Shown piece by piece: positions 1-8,697 of a stretch of 52,751 nucleotides of DNA. The first letter of the stretch is position 1. Each line of letters opens with the position of its first letter. A program made the translations under genes and the position numbers. The stretch spans positions 1-52,751 of the IMG/VR virus record IMGVR_UViG_3300032579_000020; one strand, 5' to 3'. The stretch is from a virus (taxonomy: Duplodnaviria > Caudoviricetes). Below the pieces are notes generated by a model. It ran no database searches. It was given only the letters and a program-made list of their open reading frames with translations, and was not told where the DNA came from.

Positions 1-127
1 AGCCTCAATCTCGCCAGTGGCCTGATTCTGCATCGGCTGAATAACGGGTTCGCGTACCTTTCGCTTGCCCTTCTTTACGATCTGCTCCGCCATGATCGGC
101 ACGTTACCGATCTTGAAAATCTGGTGC
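1..127. repeat. Terminal direct repeat, copy 1 (circular assembly overlap)
   Basis: Bases 1-127 are identical to 52625-52751, and the repeat lies inside the portal ORF, which reads through the join. Confidence 0.97.
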
Positions 128-603
128 CAGAATTCAATGGACTTCTTGTTGAACTTGTCATGCTTCATCGTCCACTTTGCTAAGACGTTAAGCTGACCGG
201 CCATTGCCTCTCCCTTCTCATACGTCTCGGGATTGTCATCATTGATTATTGGCTCGTACTTGAACGGGACATCGCGTGAGAACTGAACGGAAGCACCCTG
301 AGCGGCTAGCTGGCGAACCTGCCGATGGAATAGAGTTGAACCAGACTGAGCAATCTCGCTAGCCGGGTTATCCTCGAAGTCGTTAAGATTAGCGCCCTTC
401 TGTTCCTCGAAGGCTGTAATGCTGCGGTTCTGAGCAGCCTTGTACATATAGTCGCTGACCTTCCAGAGAATCTCATTCATCCTTCGCTGGGAGTAGAAGC
501 GATCATAATGCCGCTTAGATTCAGTCTGGAACTTCTTTACCAGTTCCTCGTTCTTAGTAGCCGGGACTTGATCTTGAGACGGAACAGAATTATCTTCGTC
601 CAT
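1..603 (-). CDS. Portal protein, N-terminal part (joins 51065..52751 across the circular junction; about 720 aa in total)
   Basis: ATG at 603 opens MDEDNSVPSQDQVPATKNEELVKKF...; position 102 equals 52726 and is in frame (501 nt) with the 553 aa ORF. It lies downstream of TerL and upstream of scaffold and capsid. Confidence 0.8.
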   Translation of the reverse strand, partial: MDEDNSVPSQDQVPATKNEELVKKFQTESKRHYDRFYSQRRMNEILWKVSDYMYKAAQNRSITAFEEQKGANLNDFEDNPASEIAQSGSTLFHRQVRQLAAQGASVQFSRDVPFKYEPIINDDNPETYEKGEAMAGQLNVLAKWTMKHDKFNKKSIEFWHQIFKIGNVPIMAEQIVKKGKRKVREPVIQPMQNQATGEIEA

Positions 604-610
604 AGTTACC

Positions 611-910
611 TCAGTTAAATGTGGCAAGAACCTTGATGGCTCGCTCGCGAACGGCGAAGTCTTCACCAGTGATTCTGTGCAAATCGTTTGAAATCTCAGG
701 GCAGATAATGAACGAGCCTACATCCTCGTCAGAGAAGTACTTACACATAGGCCCAACTGCTATAATCTCGGCGAAGTTGGTGTTGTCTGCCGTTGCATTA
801 GAGACAACCAAGCCCCCTTGCCAGAAGTACTTCTGACCTTCAAAGTCTTCCTCTTTGCCGTTAATAGCCTTGCGAACAAAGATGTAATCGCCGTTAGGAC
901 GAATCTTCAT
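611..910 (-). CDS. groES: GroES/Cpn10-like co-chaperonin
   Basis: MKIRPNGDYIFVRK, GGLVV mobile-loop motif, AEIIAVGP, DVG, VRERAIKVL. The ATG at 910 overlaps the upstream TGA (ATGA). Confidence 0.8.
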   Translation of the reverse strand: MKIRPNGDYIFVRKAINGKEEDFEGQKYFWQGGLVVSNATADNTNFAEIIAVGPMCKYFSDEDVGSFIICPEISNDLHRITGEDFAVRERAIKVLATFN

Positions 911-1389
911 GCAATCCTTCTTGCTGCGTAATAGTTTTTGCGCCACTGAGACATCTTCAGAATAGTTTCTGGTGAGTGTTTCTTAACAGATGCTTTACCT
1001 GTGCGCGCAGCGGATAGATTGGCCCTGTGAGATTGAGACTTACTCTTACCACGAAGTGCATTACCTATTTTTGCTGCGTGTTCTGGAGATAGTCTCTTAT
1101 TCTTATGTCCGCCACTTTCTTGATTATATCCATGCTTTACGGAATCGTAATATCTAATCCAAGCAATTTCCCTATTATTTAGCATTTCAACGGATACATC
1201 CTCAAGAATGCAAACCTCAAAGCAGTCCTCTCCAAATTTATTAAAAGACCTCTGTAGGTGAGAGTTGTAGTGCCTATTACCTCTGAGTTCCTGAAAGTGG
1301 TGCTTTATTCTAGTTTCAAAATCAACAGTTTGTCCGACATATCTCATGTCAGTAACAACGTTTAGAATGCTGTATATGCAGCTCTTCAT
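907..1389 (-). CDS. Free-standing GIY-YIG homing endonuclease with NUMOD3-like C-terminus
   Basis: CIYSILN...YVGQT...RIKHH...LQRSFNKFG...E..WI...GYN; C-terminal HSPETILKMS-type repeats; AT-richer than its neighbours. Confidence 0.88.
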   Translation of the reverse strand: MKSCIYSILNVVTDMRYVGQTVDFETRIKHHFQELRGNRHYNSHLQRSFNKFGEDCFEVCILEDVSVEMLNNREIAWIRYYDSVKHGYNQESGGHKNKRLSPEHAAKIGNALRGKSKSQSHRANLSAARTGKASVKKHSPETILKMSQWRKNYYAARRIA

Positions 1390-1393
1390 CTTT

Positions 1394-3184
1394 TCAGTAA
1401 CCAGTGAACTTATCTAGTCCGTTACACGAGGAGTGTACCATTTTATCGCCAGAATAGTCAAGCCCATCATTTCCATATCCCTCTACATATCTCGGTGGTA
1501 TTTGCAGCATGTATCTTAGCGCGTCAAGCAAATGATCGTTCTTTTCCTTCGGACGCTCCTTTGTATTCTTCTCGAAGCCTAGCTTTGACTTGTACTCTTC
1601 ATATACGTAATGCTCCATCTCTGAGATGAAGTTCTTGCAGTTAGAGAACACGTATAGCTTTGGAGCGCCAAACTCCTTGGTAACATAGTGCTTCCGCTCC
1701 GGGTCTATCTTCATGTATTCCATGACGTATGGAATAGAGTCCTCTGTGTTCTTGCCGGAAGCCTGCTGTAACCGCAGTCCATTTATGGCATATACCCTAG
1801 ATATCGGCATCCCGTATGAAGCATCAGGATAAGTGAATGAGCGCGAATCGAACACAGTCTTATAATACTGCTCGCCCTTCTGTAGTTCCTCGTACCTGTC
1901 GTATGTAGTGCCAGCCTTCTCATTAACCTCAACTCCAACCTTCTTCCTTACATTACCAGAAGCTTCGATGATTCCATTGCAGTTCTGTGAGATAACGCAC
2001 AGGTTCTTGTAATACTCGCGGTATATGAACACTACGCCTTCTGGATTAACTGCGCCCCACAGACAGCCCGTAGGGTTTGTGTAGCCGTGGTCAATAGCCC
2101 TGAACTTAGTCCAAGTCTTAGGAATATCAAACGGCTCAATAACATGTGTAGCACGGTTCCAGTCGTCATAGACTAGACCTGCTGACTCATGCCACTTCCC
2201 ATAGAAACGAGACTGACCCTCACGAAGCTTCTTCACATCGTTGCGGGCGGATGGTTCTTCAATCCACTGTTTGTAGGCAGCCCTCTTTTGTTCTTCAGAA
2301 TAAATCCAGTCAGGCACGTCTTCAAGGGAAGAGTGAAACATCTTGACCCTGTGGCCCTTCGTGACCTCTCCGCTATCAAGTTTGTGTATCCAAGAGCCAG
2401 CTCCAGTGTCGGGGCGTCCGGGTATTTTATGAGGCGTAAGAGAAAAGATGTGCTGTCCGTTTCTGCGGGTACGGGTACGCTCGTTTGCACCATCAAACTT
2501 GTCTTCCTCGCCCTGCTCGTCCCAATGCCAGATATCGAGCGCTTGACCCTCGAACTGGTTTTGATCTTGTTCATAGCAGAAGAACCAAATGTTAGTGCCG
2601 CACTCAAGAGGAAGCACAGGATTTCTGTCCCAATTAATGTACTTCTGTTTCTCTGAATTCTTGGCGTACTGTCCTAGTTCTGAGCGAGGAATCCACTTAG
2701 AAAGCTCAGGCCAGATGATGCGCTTATGCTGCGCCCACTGGTATGTGGCGATGCCAACCTCTTTAGGGCCAGTCCAAGGCTTGTATTCTACGCCATGTTC
2801 AGTGAATATCTTCCAGTCGCGCTTGCAATCCATAGACTGGATTAGCCACTTCACCAAGGCAGAGACGGTCTTTCCATTGCGGTTCGGAGCAACCAGACCA
2901 GTAATAGTGTGGTAAGTATCATTGATAAAATCAGTAATAGCACCACCTGAAGGAGCGAAAAACTGTAAGGCATTGTTGTGTCTCTCATTCTCTAGGTGCG
3001 CCACGATCTGACGGGCCTGCTCGTTCTCTGACAGGTACTTCTTAGAGTAAGTAAGAAGCGTATTTCCTAGAATAAGCAGATACCTGTTAGGGTCGTGTGT
3101 CATATCAAAGAGCTTCTTGTTTCCAAGAAACTCCTTGTATGACATCTTGGCGTAGCCGTCTTCAGTGATGACAGTTACTTGCAT
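1394..3184 (-). CDS. terL: Terminase large subunit
   Basis: Walker A APNRNGKT, Walker B WHWDEQ, motif LTP, nuclease RAIDHGYTNPTG and C-terminal NDHLLDALRY. Confidence 0.93.
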   Translation of the reverse strand: MQVTVITEDGYAKMSYKEFLGNKKLFDMTHDPNRYLLILGNTLLTYSKKYLSENEQARQIVAHLENERHNNALQFFAPSGGAITDFINDTYHTITGLVAPNRNGKTVSALVKWLIQSMDCKRDWKIFTEHGVEYKPWTGPKEVGIATYQWAQHKRIIWPELSKWIPRSELGQYAKNSEKQKYINWDRNPVLPLECGTNIWFFCYEQDQNQFEGQALDIWHWDEQGEEDKFDGANERTRTRRNGQHIFSLTPHKIPGRPDTGAGSWIHKLDSGEVTKGHRVKMFHSSLEDVPDWIYSEEQKRAAYKQWIEEPSARNDVKKLREGQSRFYGKWHESAGLVYDDWNRATHVIEPFDIPKTWTKFRAIDHGYTNPTGCLWGAVNPEGVVFIYREYYKNLCVISQNCNGIIEASGNVRKKVGVEVNEKAGTTYDRYEELQKGEQYYKTVFDSRSFTYPDASYGMPISRVYAINGLRLQQASGKNTEDSIPYVMEYMKIDPERKHYVTKEFGAPKLYVFSNCKNFISEMEHYVYEEYKSKLGFEKNTKERPKEKNDHLLDALRYMLQIPPRYVEGYGNDGLDYSGDKMVHSSCNGLDKFTGY

Positions 3185-3360
3185 TACTCAGCCCACTGCT
3201 TACCGCCTAGGTAGCGCTTGGCATATGTCCAAGGGCACTTAGTGCCGTGCTTCTCAATAGAGTTGCCTGTGCGGCGCTGGCAGAAGTGGCAACGGCCATC
3301 AACGCCATTAGGATTAATAGCGACTAGGTTCTCAACAATCTGTACAAGTTTCAGTTTCAT
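3184..3360 (-). CDS. Small Zn-binding hypothetical protein (58 aa)
   Basis: Read manually as MKLKLVQIVENLVAINPNGVDGRCHFCQRRTGNSIEKHGTKCPW...; TAATG coupling to terL. Confidence 0.6.
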   Translation of the reverse strand: MKLKLVQIVENLVAINPNGVDGRCHFCQRRTGNSIEKHGTKCPWTYAKRYLGGKQWAE

Positions 3361-3733
3361 TTACTAGTTTCTCGTATGCTGATTTGTAATCAGGCTTTTG
3401 TGTTACGTGCTGGTTCTCGATCAGGAAGGCAAAGCGCTGCGGGAACTTGCTTTTAATGAACTCGATAAACGCGTGACCTGCTAGTGCATTCGTGGCGTGA
3501 GCAGCCATTTCATTAGAAAACATATGATGACTAGGGCACAGTGTGAAGATATTAAGCAGGTTGTGCCGTAAGAAAGACGACCTTGAGCGTGGTATGAGAT
3601 GGTGCCCGCAAGTACGAACGCAGGTGCCACAAACAACACAAGCGCGTCCAGTGTGAAGTCTAGTGATTTCCTTATCAGCCTTATCACGCCAGTAGGTATC
3701 ATGTGGCTTTGGCTCTTTCTTTTGTTTCTTCAT
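3332..3733 (-). CDS. NinG/Rap-like HNH endonuclease
   Basis: WRDKADK...CVVCG...GHHLIPRS....LRHNLLN...LCPSHH; located just upstream of terL. Confidence 0.75.
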   Translation of the reverse strand: MKKQKKEPKPHDTYWRDKADKEITRLHTGRACVVCGTCVRTCGHHLIPRSRSSFLRHNLLNIFTLCPSHHMFSNEMAAHATNALAGHAFIEFIKSKFPQRFAFLIENQHVTQKPDYKSAYEKLVNETETCTDC

Positions 3734-4129
3734 CGTGCCTTCGGCAGCGCCGCTCACGTCTCGAAGCGAGAGGTTCGCAGCGCATGTTAACTGTCAAATC
3801 GGTTCAAGCTATGAATACACTGCACCATTGAGAACTAATTCATACGCAACCAGCGTCACAGTTCGCAGTGGGTTCGTCACCCATCTTCAGGCCGTATCTA
3901 CCGACCCTAGCTTGCTACTCACGTACTATATGGACCAACGAAGCGGTGTCTGTTCTCTTAAGGGTCTGTCAAATTCGGACTAAGTGATGTTTCCTACAGC
4001 TTAACGCAGACTCAAGGACTCGCGCTCCCGAAGTATCCTGTGGTTCTTAACCATCTCGCCTGCGCCCTTTTTACGGGCTTTGGAGTAACCAACGCGATAT
4101 CTAACCCACCGCTGATAAAGAGTGTATCA

Positions 4130-4780
4130 TCATACCGATTGGCTGTCAAGTACCTTCTGACCAGCACGCCAGGCATCCTTCGCAATACTAATGATATCAA
4201 CGTCTTGCGCATGTTGCACTGGAAGGGTTTGTGCGTACCTAGGCCACCAAGTATCGAAAGTCTTTGCAGGAGCGTCACTTAACTTTTTGTATTCAGTAGG
4301 GAACTGCCTGTGCAGGAATTCCCTAAGCTGGGTAGAACTCATGTCCTGCTTTTCGGCCATATCGAGGATAGCAGTCCTATCGCCAAGCTCAAACCTAGCA
4401 CAATCTGCATGATGACGCCAAGACAGTCCTTGTCGTCTATCCTTAAGTTCATAGCGCCCACTAACGTAAGCACAATTACGCAGAGTACCATAATCATACT
4501 TTGTTATCTCCAACGCCTGAGTGTACTTCTCGCCGAACTTCTTTTCTCCGAAGTTCAACCAGTCCCCCACATACCACATCATTGCACCACCAAAGACAAA
4601 GACTAGCTTCCCGAACATCTCCCAATCGGCATAGGTTGCATTCTCTTTGAACGCCGCCCCGTTGGTATATAGCTGGTAGCATTTAGTAGCGGCCTCAGGA
4701 AGCTCCATTAGGTGCTTCTTGTTCTTCGCCAGTGTGTTCACTGGAATCATCGGTGTCTGACTGTTCTCTGTAGCTTCCAT
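4130..4780 (-). CDS. LmbU-family DNA-binding protein
   Basis: WYVGDWLNFGEKKFGEKYTQA...YGTLRNCAYVSGRYELKDRRQGLSWRHHADCA matches the LmbU pattern W.GDW..G....Y......Y.TLRN.A.V.......RR..LS..HH..A. Confidence 0.75.
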   Translation of the reverse strand: MEATENSQTPMIPVNTLAKNKKHLMELPEAATKCYQLYTNGAAFKENATYADWEMFGKLVFVFGGAMMWYVGDWLNFGEKKFGEKYTQALEITKYDYGTLRNCAYVSGRYELKDRRQGLSWRHHADCARFELGDRTAILDMAEKQDMSSTQLREFLHRQFPTEYKKLSDAPAKTFDTWWPRYAQTLPVQHAQDVDIISIAKDAWRAGQKVLDSQSV

Positions 4781-5300
4781 CTTCTCCCTTTACAAGTTCA
4801 ATAGGCTTCTGCTTAAGCTTCTTCATAATCTCATCCACAGTTCCGACTAGAACCCGTGTAGAGTCTCTCGGCTCAAGGCTTGCGACCGTTCGTAGCATTT
4901 TCTCTGCGATAGACGCGAGTGCGAACGCGTTCGACGCTTCGAGCTTTTCTGGCGTGATGTAAGCCAACGCTTCAGCCGCCCTAGACTCCAACATCTTCGT
5001 AAGGAACGCCCGCTTCGACTGCTTTGAAAGCGAAAACTTATTGTCAGGGTCATGCTTCTTCACCAAGTCTCTGATAGTGTTAGACCTAACACCCCAAGCC
5101 TTACCGATGGTTCTAGGCGAGAACCCGAAAGCAGTTAATGCTAGAATCTGTTGAATCCTAGCCTCTAGGTTCTTAATAGCCGGGAACCCCGACGCCTCTT
5201 CTAGCGACATCGTTTGAAGATGTACCCCCTGAGGCTTTAGATTGGAGTCGTCCATGATAGGGTCAGGAGACTCTTGTGGAATGTTTAGTCCTTCATCCAT
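4695..5300 (-). CDS. HTH protein, putative terminase small subunit
   Basis: HTH-like GFSPRTIGKAWGVRSNTIRDLVKK followed by a helical region and an acidic tail; first large gene of the packaging operon. The TerS role is positional inference. Confidence 0.45.
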   Translation of the reverse strand: MDEGLNIPQESPDPIMDDSNLKPQGVHLQTMSLEEASGFPAIKNLEARIQQILALTAFGFSPRTIGKAWGVRSNTIRDLVKKHDPDNKFSLSKQSKRAFLTKMLESRAAEALAYITPEKLEASNAFALASIAEKMLRTVASLEPRDSTRVLVGTVDEIMKKLKQKPIELVKGEDGSYREQSDTDDSSEHTGEEQEAPNGAS

Positions 5301-5437
5301 ATCAATGTCACGCTGTCCCTGTCGTTAATTGGGGCGCACTCGATGATTCTAAGCAGGGTCCAGCCGTCTGAATCCCGCGAGTTAAGAACCGAAGTAAGCT
5401 CCTGATGAGCAACGAACGAGTCTGTGATATACTTCAT
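5285..5437 (-). CDS. Small hypothetical protein (50 aa, DUF4177-like pattern)
   Basis: Read manually as MKYITDSFVAHQELTSVLNSRDSDGWTLLRII...; LN....GW.L pattern. Confidence 0.45.
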   Translation of the reverse strand: MKYITDSFVAHQELTSVLNSRDSDGWTLLRIIECAPINDRDSVTLIWMKD

Positions 5438-5523
5438 AAATTAGATGGGCAGGCGATTCGATGATAGCGCTATGTATATGCTACCCTGAACAAACGTCCT
5501 CAACGTCGCCTGACCATGCTTAT

Positions 5524-5552
5524 ACTGTACCAACTTCACGCCATCTCGTCAA
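5524..5552 (-). promoter_or_regulatory. Sigma70-type promoter for the packaging/virion operon
   Basis: TTGACG-17 nt-TACAGT with extended -10 TGn. Confidence 0.65.
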
Positions 5553-5859
5553 CTACTTTTTGTACTCATTTGCGTGACAATGCTATACGCCTATTTCTGC
5601 ATACGATTTGTAGGTTCTAAATAATGGTGTCTATACGTAGGAGAGAGTAACAAAGACAGTGATGGCATAGACAGCAGTGTACGCCAGAGTGACAGTGATG
5701 TAGTGTCTTTTTCTGGTGGCGAAAAGACGTCTTGGAAAGTCTCTATAGGCTGAGTTTGCGGGACTAGTTCTGCGCGCACCGACCACCCCACCGGAGGGGG
5801 CAAGGCCCGCCCCCGCGGCCCCTGACTCCCCCCCCCCCTGCTTTCCCATAGGTGTAAGC

Positions 5860-6530
5860 GTTGCAGGTCAGCCGGTCAAAGCGGCACCTGCGACAAGCGC
5901 CACACCGTTAGGTGCCGGTCAGGATGGAAAGCCCTGACGACGCAAGCAGCTCGACTATTCGAGCCGGTGCCCGCGGCCGTGTTCATTGAAAACCTAGCGG
6001 TCTGTTCGGCGTGGTAAAAGACATTCCCGCCGTGATAACAGAACCAAATAGATTATGAAGCTTGCCCCATTTTCCCCGCGCATGTAGCGCGCAGGGTGGG
6101 GCGGGAGTAGTCCGGCGCGAAACGTTAATACGTGCGCCGGATAGTCAGCGGCGGGAGGATGGCCGATAGCGGCGGATGTCCCTTAGCTGACGCACTCGAA
6201 AGCTTGTAGGCTCTAACCCTAGCCTAGCGTATGTTAGCGGTAAATCCTGTTACAGGCCGCCCCCACCCTTACAGCTAAATGCTAAACTGTGAGCGTGCCT
6301 TGTGACTGATAGCGACGACGCCGGCAATGCCGGACATAAGGTCAACGTATGCGAAGCGTATTGCCTAGACTAGGATTAGAACCTGCAAGCCGTAGAGGCT
6401 AAACACGAGTGTATTACCCTGTAATATGCGCGTGTTTGGTTGCTCCCGCCCGATTAGAGGACGGCGCAAAGTGTAAGCTTTGGCCGCAAACCACTAAACA
6501 CCAGTAAGCACGCGAAACAAGCGGGGCGGA
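5860..6530 (+). ncRNA. Candidate large structured RNA or leader
   Basis: No credible ORF; many nested helices with G-U pairs on the + strand (details in findings). Confidence 0.4.
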
Positions 6531-6539
6531 GTAGGTAAA

Positions 6540-7088
6540 ATGAACGATACGAACGCGGTGGCGGTTGTCGGTTCGCGGACGGTTCTCAAGAGCGGCGTAG
6601 TGAAAGAGACATTCGTGCAAAAGGGCGCGGATGGCAAGATGGCCGCTTTCGAGACTGTCATGGGTAAGCGCGAGACGGGTTTCGATGGCAAGGGCTATTC
6701 CTTCTGGCGCGGGCTGGCTGGAAAGCCGGAGTATAACGAAGCCGGTCAGATGGTGCGCGAAGCCCTTAAGGGCAAGGCCAAGAGCGAATGGGTCGAGGCG
6801 CGTATGAAAGAGCAGAATGAAATCCTCGCGCCCATGATTGCTGCGGAAGAGCAGCGGATGCAAGAGAAGGGCCTCCGCAAGCATGGTGTGCGGATGCACA
6901 ACGACGGCACGCGTGGGCGGGTTGTCTACGCTCTGCCGAAGAAGGCCGCGCTCAAGGCCAGCACGAGCGAAATGGTAGAGGCGCTGATTGCGGCGGGTTA
7001 CAAGATCGAGAAGCCCGTCGCCGCCAAGACGCAGGACGCTCAGGTTACGTCCAGCACGACGACCTATGAGCAGCAGGATCAGAAGTAA
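6540..7088 (+). CDS. Hypothetical protein, first gene of the rightward arm
   Basis: 182 aa ORF with GGAG/AGGT RBS and normal coding composition. Confidence 0.75.
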   Translation: MNDTNAVAVVGSRTVLKSGVVKETFVQKGADGKMAAFETVMGKRETGFDGKGYSFWRGLAGKPEYNEAGQMVREALKGKAKSEWVEARMKEQNEILAPMIAAEEQRMQEKGLRKHGVRMHNDGTRGRVVYALPKKAALKASTSEMVEALIAAGYKIEKPVAAKTQDAQVTSSTTTYEQQDQK

Positions 7089-7090
7089 GT

Positions 7091-8215
7091 TGCGGTAGCG
7101 GGAAAATAAGATGCTATAAAAGGCACCAAGTACCGCAGAAGCGGGGGCGCTATAAACCCCCGCACTCTTAGGCGGGCTTCACGATGCAGGCAACCAATTT
7201 AAGGTGGCGAACGGCGGGCGAGAGCCCTTAAACCTTCAACCGTGCTAAACTTTTAAGCCTGCAATCTATTTGGGAACTAATAAGTTCCGCTAGGCAATCA
7301 ATTTGGTGATACGGTGTGCACCGTGGAATGTACGACATTATGAATCGTTAGAGCGAAAGTAAAGGAGAGTACTCGGCAAGGTCAGGAGTGACGCTGGTGG
7401 CGGGGAAATTCCACTCTGTAAATACGAGCGCGATAGGTGCGGGCGTAGCCCAACGTGGGAATCACCACAAAGACTATCGGTTACAGATAAATCGCGGCAG
7501 GGGCGTTGCTCCGTAAACTGCGAAAAGAATGACGCTAACGGTTTGTTACTTAAATTCTGATAAGGCGTTCTCTAAGCAGAGACATGGCACCAGACAAGGG
7601 CATGACAGGGCGTGAATCCTGTACGTGGGTGAATCAACACCCTATAGTTTTTCTAGACTATACTCGGCAAGGGAAACCAAATCCCGCTTGAAGTGTTGCT
7701 TGTATGGGACTTCACTGGCAAATCCAAGGTAATGAAAGCCTTGGGGGTGTTTGCTTGGGATGCTGAGTATACCGCGAAAGCCGCGTGGAATGGTGGGAAC
7801 AAGTCAAACCTCCAAACCGCTGCCGATTGAGAAACTACCCCGATATTCCTAGTGGCTCCGAGCGTCACAGGCCACATGAGTTGATGGCGACTAGGACAGA
7901 CTGGCTAGAAACCTACCAGACAAACATTCTAAGGGGTATGGAGGACTATACCCTAATGAACAGCATAAGCCTAAAGACGGGCATTAACAGGGCTGGGTTA
8001 TTGTATGCCGCACAAAAGCCATCTGAATGAGATGGAATAGTAATGCGGATTTAGCTTGGCGCTTGCGAAACTCGAAGTTACTAAGAAGATGAAATAAGCG
8101 GCCATGAGACGTGAAAACCGTCAGCTATAATGGGCGGAAGCGCACCTACGGGAGCATGGGTCCGTACAACCAATGCGTGTTATACGACAGTTGCTAATAG
8201 TTGAAACAACACCAA
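7091..8215 (+). ncRNA. Candidate large structured ncRNA (about 1.1 kb)
   Basis: No ORF with a good RBS over 1.1 kb; dense hairpins and long-range stems such as TATACTCGGCA/TGCTGAGTATA. Confidence 0.45.
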
Positions 8216-8232
8216 CTCGACAGGAGAACAAC

Positions 8233-8331
8233 ATGAAAATCGAGTGGCTAATCTACGCGCTGTTCTGTATTGGAATGGCGTTTCTTGCATTCGCCGCAGT
8301 TGCATGGCTGGAGACGCTATGGGTACGATAA
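8233..8331 (+). CDS. Small membrane peptide (32 aa)
   Basis: ACAGGAG RBS; MKIEWLIYALFCIGMAFLAFAAVAWLETLWVR. Confidence 0.6.
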   Translation: MKIEWLIYALFCIGMAFLAFAAVAWLETLWVR

Positions 8332-8489
8332 ATAAAGAAGAAAGCGAGGTAATCAACAGGGCGCTAAACTCGGCGCTAGAATTGGCGAAGGAAGGCAAAC
8401 AGGTTAGGCTTTATGTTGATTGGCGCGACGCCGCTCCTGAAAGCAGCCGCACGTGGATGCGACCATTTATACAATTCGAGGCAAAATGA
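8319..8489 (+). CDS. Hypothetical protein
   Basis: GGAG RBS before MGTINKEE...; overlap-coupled chain of genes. Confidence 0.55.
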   Translation: MGTINKEESEVINRALNSALELAKEGKQVRLYVDWRDAAPESSRTWMRPFIQFEAK

Positions 8490-8683
8490 TAGCGCATAAG
8501 CAGTTCGCCATCGTCCAGTTCAAGAAGAACGGCGAAGGCGTTTGGGTCCACAACGAAGTGATTGCCCGCGGGTTGCTTCGCTACTGCGATGCAGTCGCAT
8601 TGAAGCGCAACTTTGCCAAGACCGAGTTTGGCAAGAACGCTAAACTCCGCATCAAGGCCAACGTGTCCGCTTGGGTGCGGTAA
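8486..8683 (+). CDS. Hypothetical protein
   Basis: ATGA overlap; MIAHKQFAIVQF... Confidence 0.6.
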   Translation: MIAHKQFAIVQFKKNGEGVWVHNEVIARGLLRYCDAVALKRNFAKTEFGKNAKLRIKANVSAWVR

Positions 8684-8697
8684 CAATCTTTCAACGT

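Noticed and set aside
1-127. 127-bp terminal repeat as a biological terminal repeat
   Set aside because: It falls in the middle of the portal gene and its length equals a common assembler k-mer, so it is best read as circular overlap.
3855-3895. Minus-strand CTGAAGA plus hairpin as a second hammerhead
   Set aside because: The stem is followed by CTGCGAAC rather than GAAA, and no stem III with a UH site can be built.
5402-5422. CTGATGAGCAACGAAC as a hammerhead core
   Set aside because: Stem II would be 1 bp, A15.1 is absent, and it is antisense to a plausible small gene.
5860-8215. Group I/II intron, RNase P or tmRNA identity for the large structured tracts
   Set aside because: I found no P7 (R/S) core, domain V, GAGGAAAGUCC motif or tmRNA ends by eye, and no interrupted host gene.
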